From Hemiscyllium ocellatum (Eukaryota): a stretch of 64,000 nucleotides of DNA. Position 1 is the stretch's first letter. Each line of letters opens with the position of its first letter. A program made the position numbers and the translations under genes. The notes beneath the pieces are model-generated. The model was not told where the DNA came from. It saw only the letters and a list, made by a program, of their open reading frames with translations, and ran no database searches. This document shows positions 13,360-26,040 of the stretch, piece by piece. The stretch covers positions 20,660,004 through 20,724,003 of the forward strand of contig NC_083402.1 in the NCBI RefSeq assembly GCF_020745735.1. Reading direction: 5' to 3'.

Positions 13360-13716
13360 TCATAGAATCGCTACAGTGTGGAAGGAGGCCACTCAGCCCA
13401 TCGAGTTCATGCCAACCCTCTGGAGAGCACTCCACCCAGACCCAGACATCCCCCCCACCCTAACCCTGCAACCCTACATTTCCCATGGCTCACCCACCTA
13501 ATCTGCACATCCCCAGATGCTATAGGCAATTTAGCACAACCGATGCACTTAACCTGCACATCCTCAGACTATAGGAGGAAACCGGAGCACCCAGAGGAAA
13601 CACACACAGACATGGGGAGAATGCGCAAACTCCACACAGACAGTTGTCCAAGGATGGAATCAAACCCGGGTCCCTGGCACGGTGAGGCAGCAATGCTAAC
13701 CACTGAACCACCACAC
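13360..13716 (-). mobile_element. HE1-type SINE
   Basis: Same head, core and tail. Confidence 0.85.
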
Positions 13717-14819
13717 TGTAATGACTACCAAATCTTTCTCATTCATTTCCATTAGCACTTTCAAATGAAGTGTTTTGTCTTGAATGCAAGTTTTGGATGC
13801 AGTTTCTCAAAATTAGGCTTATGGTGTTGAGCGTAACATTGATAGCAATTATGCATAATTGACAAAACACAAAGTAGGAATAGATGGAACATATTCAGGT
13901 TGGTGGGCTGTAACTAGGAAGATACTACAAGGATCAGAGCTTGAGACTCAGCTGTTAACAATCTGCATTCACAGTTAGGTGAGAGGATTGAGTGCACCAC
14001 ATCAAGATTTACTGAGGATCCAAGTTATAGGGTAAAATAAGCTATGGCCAGGATGCTAAGAGTTTGCAGAAGTATGTAGAAGTATTTCATGAAGTACATG
14101 GTAGGTATGTAAAGGGCAAATGTTCTACAATTGGTTGAGAAATAAAAAGAAACAGTATATTTTTGAATGGTGAGAGATTGGGAAATGTCTGCATTCAGAT
14201 GGATCCTGGGTATCCTTGTTCATATGCCACAGAACATGGTAGGTCACCATGCAGAAATAACAAACAATCAACAAGGTGTGTCATCTCATGTAAAGCACCC
14301 CATGTGCCAGGAATGCAGGTGTCTTTCTTGGTAAGCTCACAATGTGGATTGAGGATTTATTGTCTATGAAACTTCATTGATGAAATTTACTCCTAGATGT
14401 ATTAGTAATGAGTAAATAATTAGCGATCATGCACAAGTGACCATTTCTCTCTCCATTGGAGAGACAGTTGATTGTACATAACTTGAGGGGAACGACTCAG
14501 CAAGGGTTGGGCAAGGTGAGGAAGCAGGGCTTTCATGAACGCTACATATACAAAATTCAACCAATAATCTGAGTCTGAGGATCTCTACTGCTTTATTGTG
14601 TCTGTGTGTAGGAGGGATGATCAGATGGAGGAGATGAATTTATTGATTTAATCAAGTGAAAGGTATACACAATGCAGCAGGTAATAGGATCTGCTTTTGT
14701 TCCTAATTCACAGGTGGGAAATAACATTGGCAGGGACTGTGAAAATAAGGGTTTGTACTAATATTTTAGATGTTTTCTAGATTTGATAATTCGGTGTGAG
14801 AAATTCAATCATCCAGGAA

Positions 14820-15225
14820 TAAGTGGATAGGTGGAAAGGAAGGAAGACGGACAGGTAGGACTGGTCAAGGGGGCTGTGCTGGGTTGGAGGCTTGGGACTA
14901 GGAAAATATGGGGAGGCGCTTTATCTTCCGGCTCAGGAGCCTGCAACCACATGGGTTCAATGTGGATTTCACCAGTTTGCTCACTTTCCCTCCCCCCAAT
15001 TTATCCTGCTCCCAAACCTCCAACGTGGCACCGCCCCCTTGACCAGTCCTATTTGAGCACCTTCCTTCCTTCCCACCCATCCGCTCCACCCTCCCCTTTG
15101 ACCGATCACTTCCACCTGCATCTTCATCACCCATCACATTCCCAGCTACCTTCCCCCCAGCCCCACCCTTTCTCGTTTATCTCACAGTGCCCAGTGGCCC
15201 ACCAGCCTCATTCCTGATGAAGAGA
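14820..15225 (+). mobile_element. PLE 3' fragment with an inverted 5' piece
   Basis: C-rich PLE 3' region ending ttcctgatgaag. 14820-14900 is the reverse complement of part of the downstream copy. Confidence 0.7.
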
Positions 15226-15470
15226 CTTAGATGGCATGGTTGCCTGTTGCGGACTAAGGGAGGATATACGGTGATGCAAGTGATGGATGTTCAACTGTTC
15301 GGAAGAAGGAGAAGTAGAATACTGAAGATTAGCTGGAAAGAGGCAGTGATGACAAACATGTATGCATCCAGACTGAGAGGAATTAATGGCTGACATGAAG
15401 AGATGGAGGAAGTTGATCAAGCCACATAGTGGTGACCCTAAAAAAGCTAAAGTAATAATAATAAGAAGAA
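15226..15470 (+). mobile_element. RTE-clade LINE 3' fragment
   Basis: RLRWHG.L.R....Y....M.....GRRR resembles the RTE C-terminus (LRWFGHV.RR...Y.....L...L.GRR.RGRP), followed by WRKLI...DP and a TAA/GAA tail. Confidence 0.6.
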
Positions 15471-17514
15471 AAATACAGATACGTAAGGACTAAATCCTTC
15501 TGCTATACTGCATCTGTTTTCTTCCAAAAGCTTTGTTCACATTATAAAGCATGGGGAGAGAACATTTCTTGTGATGTAGCAGAAAATTGAAAAGTCCAGC
15601 TTGAGATCTCAATGGGGGTCAGATACATCATCCCTATCTTCTGATTAGCTAGTTAGCTTTAATTCCTAAGACGATGTAGCTTACACCCATTTCTATCACA
15701 CAATGAGCTAGGTGTTGTTGTTAACATATGTTCTTCCCCTTGTTAAGATGGACTAACGGTTCATCATCTATCACACTATAATAAGCCATCAGGTTGAGTA
15801 TAGAAAGAAGGATTGGTACTCTACCTCAACTATTGGATGGTTGATGATGATCCATAACACACAAGGCAAGTCCACCATGACAGGCCTAACTAGCCCCCTC
15901 TTTGGATTTTACCATGCCAGTAACCCAGAAATCTCTAAAATACAGTCCAGAAAAGAAGTCCATTTTATCTGCTTACTAAAATAGGATAAGGCAAGCAGAG
16001 CACAGGCCTGAAGCCCAGTTTCTGCCCAACCTCATTGCAAGTTTCATCGAATCCTGACTTGACAAAGTGTGATAGCCTGAGACTACTGACACGCTCAGCA
16101 AGTTTCAAAGTAACAACTGATTGCAGCATCCCATCCACCCTAGGTTTATGATGGAGCATAACATTGTTAACATGTTATGGCACCAGAGACAGAAAGGCAA
16201 TAATGGTTGCTTCCAATTGAGGTGACAAAAAGTATACATTGGATTTACAAAATGTAAGTTATTTAAATCAGAAAATTGCAAATTAATTATTCTTATGCCA
16301 GGAGCAGTTTGGAATGAGCTCTGGAGGACTTCCACTATCGATTATTACATGGCCGCAGTTTGGGAGATGACATATTTTAAAGTGCTTATAAATATTTTAT
16401 AACCATCTCCTGTAAGCAGCAGGCAGATGGGATGCTTTTTGCAGTACAATTCACTTTGGGTTCTTCCCATTCTTTATACTGTTTCCATTCACCTCTTTCC
16501 AAAAAAAAAACTCTGCATCACTAAAATACACTCAGTCACTGAAACCATCCCACCTTGGGCTGCGCTGACTGGTGTTTCCAAAGCTTTGGGAAAAGCTCCA
16601 ATTTTAAAAATGAAGACCCCTTAAATACATATGATGGCAAGACTGTCTATTAACTTCTTGGGCGATGAGAAGCAACTCTCACTCTATTTCTGTGCGACAA
16701 TGGTTTCTGATTAGTGTGGTGAATCTTCAAACAGCTGAGCACAGGGAAAATTATTGAAAATTGCATTTCTTTAGGTTTTCATTGTTGAGGAGATCTAAAA
16801 TCTGTCAAATTTAAAGTTAAAATATTTCTTTAAAATCACTGACTTCGCTTTCTCGCAATCCATTTTCTCTCTCAATTTTCTTCGAATAGCTGACCCAACA
16901 CTCTGATCTACATTTGCATCTCAATCACTGTGCTGTTAAGATTTACAGTCCTTCCCACCTGGTTAAAGAGGCATAAAGTTGTTTGCCATGTTCATTCAGA
17001 AGTCAGTTGCCATATAGAGCGCACTGCAACATTATCAGCTTTAATGTCCAGCGATTTGGCACATAAATATCATGGAGATCAAACAGGGTAAATCAAAGTC
17101 TAAGTAATGGCAAATGCAATTTGTTGACCAGTTGCAGCAAATTTTAAACATTTATCTACAGATTGAATTGAATTTGACGGATTGTCCTGAATAACATATC
17201 AGTGCAAATATTGATATTCAGCGGCAAGTCTCATATTGTAGGTGCATTAGGAGTGAAGGGGATAATTTGTCAAGAGATTTCTTGGATGAATTGCAATGTG
17301 GGGCAATGGCTGTTTCTGATTTTCTTTCTCTTTCTTTTCCTCACAAATTTCTTGCTGTCTTAGTGATGCCAAAGATCAGTCTCCCATCATTGCAACGGAG
17401 TGCAGTACACAGCAAAAGACAGCAAATCTAACATGGACGTATATTGCAAAACTGAACCTGGAAACTGCAGAAAGGAAGTATCTGTTCATGGTTGATGATG
17501 CTTCTGAAGCCATG

Positions 17515-18880
17515 ATAGAACATATAATAGTACAGCACAGTACAGGCCTTTCAACCCTCTATATTGTGCCGGCCTTTTATCCTAGTCTATGTTCAGACTA
17601 ACCTACATACCCTTCATTGTATCAACTTCCATGTGCTGATCCAAGAGTCGCTTAAAAGTCCCTAATGTATCTGACTCTACTACCACAGCTGGCAGTGCAT
17701 TCCATGCACCTACCATTCACTAAGTAAAGAACCTACCTCTGATACCTCCCTTAAACCTTCCTCTAATTACCATAAAATTATGCCTCCTCATGATAGGCAT
17801 TCCGGCCATGGGAAAAAGTCTTTGGCTATCCACTCTATACATGCCTCTCATCATCTTGTACACTTCTACCAAGTTGCCTCTCGTCCTTCTTCATTCCAAT
17901 GAGAAAAGCTCTAGCACCCTAAACCTTTCTTCATATGACATGCTCTCTAGTCCAGGCAGCATCCTAGTAAATCTCATCTGTACACTCTCTGAAGCTTTCA
18001 CATCATTCCTATAATGAGGCAATCAGAACTGAACACAATATTCCAGGTATGGTCTAACCAGGATTCTGTAGACCTGCAGCATAACCTCACGGTTCTCAAA
18101 TTCAATCCCCCTGCTAATGAAAACCAACACACTAAGCCTTCTTAACAATCCTATCAACCTGGGTGGCAAATTTGAAGAATCTATGGACATGTATCCCAAG
18201 ATGCCTCTGTTCCTCTACACTGCTAAGAATCCTACCTCTAACCCTGTATCGTACATTCAAATTTGACTTTCCAAAGTGAATGACTTCACACTTTTCCAGG
18301 TTGAACTCCATCAACAACTTATCAGCCCAGTTCTGCAACCTGTCAATGTCTCTTTGCAACCTACAACAGCCCTCCACACTATCCACAACTCCACCAATCT
18401 TCAGGTCATCAGCAAACCTACTCACCCACCCATCCGCTTCCTCATCCAAGTCATTTATAAAAATCACAAAGCGCAGAGGTCCCAGAACCAATCCCTGCAG
18501 AACACCACAGGTCACTAATCTCCAGGCTGAATATTTTCCATCTATCACCACCCTCTGTCTTCTATGGCCCAGCCAATTCTGTATCCAAACAGGTTTCTCT
18601 GTATCCCATGCCTCTTACTTTCTGAAAGAGCCTACCATGGGGAACCTTATCAAAGGCCTTGCTAAAATGCATGCCCACCACATCCACTGCTCATGTTTTA
18701 CCACATCCTCAAAGAACTCAATAAGTCTTGTGAGGCATGACCTGCTCCCTCACAAAACTGTGCTGACTATCTCTAATCAAAATATGGTTTTCCAAGTAAT
18801 CATAAATCCTGTCTTTCAGAATCCTCTTCAATACTTTGCCCACCACAGTCATAAGACTGACTGGTTTGTAATTCCCAGGA
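17515..18880 (-). mobile_element. CR1 RT plus 3' fragment
   Basis: PGNYKPVSL, GVLQGLVLGP, FADD. Confidence 0.92.
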
Positions 18881-19273
18881 TCGGCATCTGTGTCTGTGAT
18901 GGAAGCAATGCACCTTTTCACTCTTTTCCTTGTGACCTGATTTTGAAGAATCCCTGTTCCCACACTCCCCAGCCCCACCCACAACCTTCTTTATTGTTCG
19001 TTGGATTTTCTGAATTAATTGGAGGCACTTAAGTCCTCACACAGTATGGTATGAAATGCCAACTGCACACTTGTAGCCTGTGTTGAGCATGTTAAAAGTG
19101 TTAAAAGTCAATGTTGAGCAATTAAATGCTGTATGAGAAACAGATAACTGTTTTCTCCCCTCAATAGGCAGTTCCCTAATGGATATATTTAAGCACCCTG
19201 ACTCCTAATGTTTCCCACTTTGCCTTAAAACTTCGCTCCCCAAGAAAATTGGAAATGGTCAATAATATCCAGT

Positions 19274-19566
19274 TTAGATTAGATTACTTACAGTGTGGAA
19301 ACAGGCCCTTCGGCCCAACAAGTCCACACCGACCCGCTGAAGCGCAACCCACCCAGACCCATTCCCCTACATTTACCCCTGTCCCTAACACTACAGGCAA
19401 TTTAGCATGGCCAGTTTACCTAACCTGCACATTTTTGGACTGCGGGAGGAAACCCACGCAGACACGGAGAGAATGTGCAAACTCCACACAGTCAGTCACC
19501 TGAGACGGGAATTGAACTCAGGTCTCTTGGCGCTGTGAGGCAGCAGTGCTAACCACTGTGCCACCT
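19274..19566 (-). mobile_element. HE1-type SINE (young)
   Basis: (TTAGA)n tail, core, tRNA head. Confidence 0.9.
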
Positions 19567-19871
19567 TCAGGTTGTTCCTCAAAGTCTACACGCAGGGTCC
19601 TGGTGCAGAAGAGATCAAAATAATATCAAGTAGTGAACACATCTTAGGCTTCAGGACATTTAAGTTGGAATCTTGCTACCACCTGTTTGGCTCTGAGTAC
19701 TCTTTCAGCCATTAATGTAGAATGCGTCACCCTGAAGTAATTGATACTTTGCTGAAAATTTGGCCACATATTTGCCTGAACTTCCATTTGCCCTTTATTT
19801 GGTTCAACATGACATTCCCTTGGAATCTGGATCTCTGTTAAATGTCAATTTAGAGACCACTGGAAGAAGAA

Positions 19872-21175
19872 TATAGAACATAGAACAGTACAGTGCAAAA
19901 CAGGCACTTCAGCCCTCGATGTTGCACCAACCTGTGAACTAATCTAAGCCCACCTCCCTATACTATCCCATCATCATCCATGTGCTTATCTAAGGATTGT
20001 TTAAATCTCCCTAATGTGGCTGAGTTAACCACATTGTTAGGCAGGTCATTCCAAACCTTTACCACTCTCTGAGTAAAAAAAACTGCCTCTGACATCTGTC
20101 TTAAATCTGTCACCCCTCAATTTATAGCTATACCCTCTTGTACAAGTTGACATCATCATCCTAGGAAAAAGACTTTCACTGTCTACCCTATCTAATTTTC
20201 TGCTTATCTTGTATGTCTCTATCAAATCCCCTCTTAGTCTGTTCTCTCCAATGAGAACAGACCCAAGTCTCTCAGCCTTTCCATATAAAACCTTCTCTCC
20301 AGACCAGGCAACATCCTGGTAAATCTCCTCTGCACCTTTTCCAATGCTTCCACATCCTTCCAGTAATGGGGCGACCAGGACTGTACACAATATTCCAAGT
20401 GCAGCCGTACTAGTATTTTGTACAGTTGCAGCATGACATTATGGCACCGGAATTCAATCCCTCTAGCAATAAAACCTAACATACCGAATGCCTTCTTAAC
20501 AGCACTATCCACCTGGGTGGCAACTTTCAGGGATCAATGTACATGGACTCCAAGATCCCTCTGCACATCCACACTACCAAGAATCTTTCCATTGACCCAA
20601 TATTCTGCCTTCCTGTTATTTTTCCCAAAGTGAATCACCTCACATTTATCTGCATTGAACTCCATTTGCCACCTCTCAGCCCAATTCTGCAGTTTATCCA
20701 AGTCCCCCTGCAGCCTACAACATTGTTCCACACTGTCCATTACTCATCTGCAAACTTACTAACCCATCCACCTATACCTGCATCCAAGTCATTTATAAAA
20801 ATGACAAACAGCAGTGGTCCCAAAACAGATCCTTGTGACAAACCACTAGTAAATGAACTTCAGGCTGAATATTTTCCATCAAACACCACGCGCTGCCTTC
20901 TTAACAAAAACCAGTTTCTAATCCAAACTGCTCAATTACTCTCAATCTCATGCCTCTGCATTTTCTCCAACAGCCTACCATGTGGAACCTTATCAAAGGC
21001 TTTACTGAAGTTCATGTACACCATGTCAACTGCTCTACCCTCATCCACCTACTTGGTCACCTTCTCAAAATACTCAATGAGGTTTGTGAGACATGACCTG
21101 CCCTTGACGAAACCATGTTGACTATCTGCAATCAAGATGCCGCTTGCTAGATTATTATAAATCCTATCTCTTATA
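19872..21175 (-). mobile_element. CR1 RT plus 3' fragment
   Basis: WQMEFNADKC, HLEYCVQSWSP, RGDLIETYK. Confidence 0.92.
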
Positions 21176-21349
21176 AGATTTAAGAGATTAAATTGTCAAA
21201 TAAGATTTGAACCAGACATCTTCAGGCAGCTAAGATTGTAACACATCTACAGCATTTCTCAAAGTTTTCGAGGGATTAAGAAATTGATTAAAAGTTAGGA
21301 AATAGGAACATTGAATTGTGAAATAGTCAGAACTTCCCAGAAGCTGAAC

Positions 21350-22155
21350 AAAGACCAAAGAACAGTACAGCACAGGAACAGGCCCTTCAGCCCTCCAAGT
21401 GTATGCTGACACATTTTGCCTTCCATACTAAAACTGTCTTATTATTCATGTATTCATCAACGTATTTCTTGAATGATACTATTGTGTCTGCTTCCACCAC
21501 CTTCTCTGGCAGTGCATTCCAGGCACTCACCACCCTTTGTGTGAAAAAATTGCCCCAAACATCTCTTTTAAACATCCCCCCCCTTGCACCTTGAATTTGT
21601 GGCCCCTAGTAATTGACCCTTCCACCCTGGGAAAAAGTCTCATGGTTTCCACTCTATCCATGCTATTAACAATCTTATAAACTTCTATTGGGTCACCTCC
21701 CAACCTCCTGCGTTCCAGTGAAATCAAATCTACTCCATCAAACCATTTTTGTAGCGAAAATCTCACAAACCAAGCCTCTGCTGCTCTGTCAGAATTCATC
21801 CCCATGCATTACACATTAAGTTAATTAATGATTACTTTTTGGTGGAATTTGGTTTGCTTTTTTCTCTTATTCTTAAATCTTTTCTGTACCCTCTCCAAAG
21901 CATTAGAGAAGGTAGTGTGGTTACCAGAACTGTCCAAGTGTGGTCTAACCAAAGTTCTATGAAGCTGCAGCATAACTTGTATATTCCTATACTCAATGCC
22001 CCTTCCAATGAAGTCAAGCATGTTTGACTACCTTATCGACCTGCACTACCACCTTTAGTGATCTGTGGACCTGCAGACCCAGATCCTTCTGCAGATCAAT
22101 ACTCCAAAGGGCTCCGCCATTTACTGTATAATTTTCACCTGTATTTGACCTTCCA
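21350..22155 (-). mobile_element. CR1 3' fragment with a templated 104-bp insertion
   Basis: FIGRGIEYR, LERRRLGGD, FFTQRVVSAWNALP. Confidence 0.88.
21774..21877. repeat. Inverted copy of 23544-23647
   Basis: 104-bp reverse-complement match, roughly 90% identical. Confidence 0.92.
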
Positions 22156-24024
22156 GTATAATAACAGGAGCATATGTATGATCTTTAAAATTTCTCCAGT
22201 ATTGAAATTGTAAAATGTATATTTTGTTTTGTTTTTATATCTATGCATCAAAATCTAAGCAGCATATGGTTAGTTGTCTGATGATGTGTCTGTCATGAAC
22301 TATTATCCATCTTCAACACTTTTACATGATTCTTTGCAGAGGATACAAAAGAGATTTATTAGGATAGTACAAGGGTTGTACAATTTCACCTATGTTGAGA
22401 CACTAGAGAAACTGTTGTTTCTTAAAGCACAGATATTTTAAGGAGCCTTTAATAGGTATCATTTAAATCATAAGCCGTACTGATAAACTAGACAGGACTG
22501 CTTCAATTGGTTGGGTTAGGAACCAATGGACACCAATGGGAAAAGCACCTCAGGTGAGACAAGGAGAATAATTTGGATCCAGGGAATTATTATGATCTGA
22601 AAGACAGCATTTGATGGTGAGAGCAATTTTAACAATAATGCTGAACAGAAGATTGGGTGCAGTTTCACGAAGAAAAAAAAATGTCTGCTGATGAGGAAAG
22701 AACAGAGGAGTGACTCTAAGCAGCAACTCTTTCGAGAGCTAACACTAATGTGCAAGCTAACGTGTATTTATTGAATCATTCAGTCTCCTTCCTCTAATTT
22801 CTTATGTTCATTTGCTTGTACTCCTGATTATGCAAACTTTTGATTACCAGAAATCAGCTTGCATGGAGAACAATACAAAAATCATTTGTAATGAGTCAAA
22901 ATAAATATTATTTTGCTGCTGAGACTGTCCTTTGTGTCAGGTAGTGATTATAAGGGGTTATAAAGGTATTTAATGGTTGCACTTAGGAAAGGCCACAGTC
23001 ATTTATTAGGAATACAGCTGCATTATGCTTGGTCGTTCCGGACAACCGCTTAATAGAGACAGAGGGTAATTGAAACTGACAGTTAATCATAAACAATAAT
23101 TCACAACTAATTTCTCCAATGGTACCACACAATGCAAGAGCATGCCTCGCATGGTTCGAGATCTGCAGTACTGGAGACTGAATTCCCTCAGGGAGTAATG
23201 GCATTTAAATGTAATCTTTCTTCATAGTCGACGTGGAGGTTCCTTTTAAAAGGCTTCCAGTTCTAATATGTGGGTTCTAATGCTTTTGCGTGTGCAGGAT
23301 GAATTCAAATTACACAGGATGCAGTTCCGCACTTGAAGGAATTATTTAATCCACCTTGACAGACAAGGAGCATTAGAATAGATAAACTGTTGGTGGAATT
23401 TCAGCTTCAAGGAACAAAGTGGAAAAAATAATGGGCAATCGCTCTTTCCATCAAATCGCACGCGCATTGTCATGAACAGCCATGGACTTGATAATATGAT
23501 TCTTCACACTCCCCAGGCATTTATCACACAAAAGTGTTTCCACTTTGAGAATAAGCGAAAAAAGCAAACCAAATTCAACACAAAAGTAAGCATTGATTAA
23601 CTTAATGTGTAATGCATGGGTGTGAATTCTGACAGAGCAGCAGAGGCCAGAGGCCCAGACTATACTTCTGGAAGGAGACAATCCTCTCTTGGCTGTTTTG
23701 GGAATCTCCAGCCACACTTTAGACCCATGGTAAAACTAATGAGCTGCTGTCAGGACTCCAGTCATATTAAGGCGTGTCAACCTACCTCTGGCTCTTCTGT
23801 GCCAATGGCGCTCCAAGGAGAAGTGGCCACTGTTGGGACTGCAGCTGCTGACGAACATTGACACTATTGGGAACATTGTGCAGCCACCAAGTACTCACTT
23901 AGAGACAATCCACCTCCCTCAAGTATGCGGGAATGTGTCAGGATTCACTGGTTGCACTCAAGCTGTGGAGTAGTCATGTTTCACTGGAAAAATGCCAGCA
24001 GGGAAACTATGCTGCAACTTTTAT

Positions 24025-24721
24025 AGTGTCATACAGTCATACAGCATGGAAACAGACCCTCAGTCCAACACGCCCGCAGCAACCAGGCATCCCATCTGAC
24101 CTCGTCCCATTTTCCAACATTTGGCCTATATGCCTCTAAACCCTTCCTATTCATATACCCATCCAGATGTCTTTTAAATGTTGTGATTGTACTAACCTCC
24201 ACCACTTCCTCTGCCAGCTCATTCTATACACACACCGCCCTCTGCATAAAAAGGTTACCCTTCTGGTCCCTTTTAACTCTTTTCCCTCTCACCTTAAACC
24301 TCTAGTTCTGGACTCCCCCATCCTGGGGTAGAAGACTTAGATTAGATTAGATTAGATTAGACAGAGTGGAAACAGGCCCTTCGGCCCAACAAGTCCACCG
24401 AAGCACTACCCACCCAGACCCATTCCCCTACATTTACCCATTCACCTAACACTACGGACAATTTAGCATGGCTAATTCACCTAAATAGACCTTATCTATT
24501 TATCCTATTCATGTCCTTCATGATTTTATAAGCCTCTATAAGGTGAGCCCTCAGCCTCCGACGCTCCAGGGAAAACAGCCCTAGCCTTTTCAACCTCTGT
24601 CCATAACTCAAATCTTCCAGTCCATGCAAAGTCCTTGTAAATCTTTCTTGCAGCCTCTCAAGTTTGACAATATCCTTCCGATAGAAGGGCAAACAGAATT
24701 GTAGATATATTCTAAAATGAC
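24025..24721 (-). mobile_element. CR1 3' fragment abutting or interrupting the myosin fragment
   Basis: PFYRKDIVKLERLQERFTR...LFSLERRRLR. Confidence 0.9.
24337..24485 (-). mobile_element. 5'-truncated HE1-type SINE nested in a CR1
   Basis: (TTAGA)5 tail plus partial core. Confidence 0.85.
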
Positions 24722-24900
24722 CTTTTCATTGATGTAGTTGGTCCACTACATGACTACTCTGATGAATTCAGTTCAAACATTTCAAAACCAGCAATATCCA
24801 AAATGCCTAGGAGAATGGCTCTGAACCACTTTGCCCAACACAAAGCCTTGTTGATGCGGTGAATGACTCGATGAAAGAGACATTCATGAGCAACGTTTGC
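24722..24900 (-). pseudogene. Decayed processed fragment of a non-muscle/smooth myosin II heavy chain (MYH9/10/11/14-like) motor domain, switch II region
   Basis: Translates [50 protein letters not shown](frameshift)-NYINEK. This is gap-free colinear with [58 protein letters not shown]. It carries a stop and a frameshift. Confidence 0.88.
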
Positions 24901-25822
24901 TCAAGCTGATCGACCACTGAAGTGGTACGGTTGATCTTTTGGATTAGACAGCCAACCTCCATCTTCTCTAGCACAGGCAGGTTGCCAATGGTGGGCAAGT
25001 GAAGCTCTCTTCGCCCCATGCCTTCCCTTGCCAATTTAGCACCTCCCAGCCAAACCCCATTGTCTCTTACTCCATCCCTGGTGGACTGAGAAAATCCAAC
25101 ACTCAGTGAGCTTAAGTTAAACGGCAATGGTCTAATAAACAGTGCAAAGATGGTTCCAAACACAATAAAAGGTCTGACTGCAGCTCAAATTGTGTAAAAT
25201 CCTTCAGACAGCCTTTTCATTTCCCCCGCTGTTAACAAGGAAGAGCTTGCCAAAATCTGAAATTAATAGCCCACCAGCTCTAGCAGTATAACACAGGAAC
25301 ATATTTAAGGATGTAACACCTCCGCAGTCTCTGGTCACATTGCTACTCCCCCGTGCATTACATTTATCATTTTCACCATTTTCTAAACTCCTCAATAGAT
25401 CCACCCATTGTAAAATAGTGATATCCATGTCAGTATCCGCAAATTTGATTCCATTGGTCAAGTTTATTTGCAGGAGGTATTTTAACTGTCTGACGTAACA
25501 TGACATGCGCAGCTTAATGATATGAAGGAACAATACAGGAGGGAAGATCTCAGAATTCACCATACATGTAGTAGTATTGTCAATGGATTCCTCAGACAGG
25601 CACTCACAATTCAGGTATAAAAGGAAATCGCTACCACGCAGTCATAGAAACATAAAATCCCTACTGTGCAGAAAGTGGCCATTCAACCTATTGAGTCTGC
25701 ACCAGCCCTCCAAAGAGCATTCAACCCAGACCCAGTCCCCCTCCCTATCCCTGTAACCCAGCATTAACCACGGTTAACTCACATAGTCTGCACATCCCTG
25801 GATATACTACAATTTAGCCTGG

Positions 25823-26040
25823 TTTAGGTCAGAGTGGTGCTGGAAAAGCACAGCATGTCAGGCAGCATCTGAGGAGCAGAAAAATCAATGTTTCGGGCAA
25901 AAGTCCGTCATCAGGAATGAAGGGCTTTTGCCCAAAATGTCAATTTTCCTGCTCCTCGGATGCTGCCTGATCTGCTGTGCTTTTCCAGCACCACTCTGAT
26001 CTAAACTCTGGTTTCCAGCATCTGCAGTCATCACTTTTGC
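25823..26040. mobile_element. Fold-back PLE terminus inserted into a SINE
   Basis: Inverted gtggtgctggaaaagcacagc arms. TSD ctacaatttagcYtgg at 25807-25822 and 26041-26056. Confidence 0.85.

Noticed and set aside
18280-19032. 250-aa plus-strand ORF (likewise 20537-21121 and 34457-34978)
   Set aside because: Antisense shadow ORFs of CR1 RT sequence.
24807-25563. ORF-track ORFs of 118 and 119 aa
   Set aside because: No homology in those frames; the real signal is the myosin remnant in another frame.
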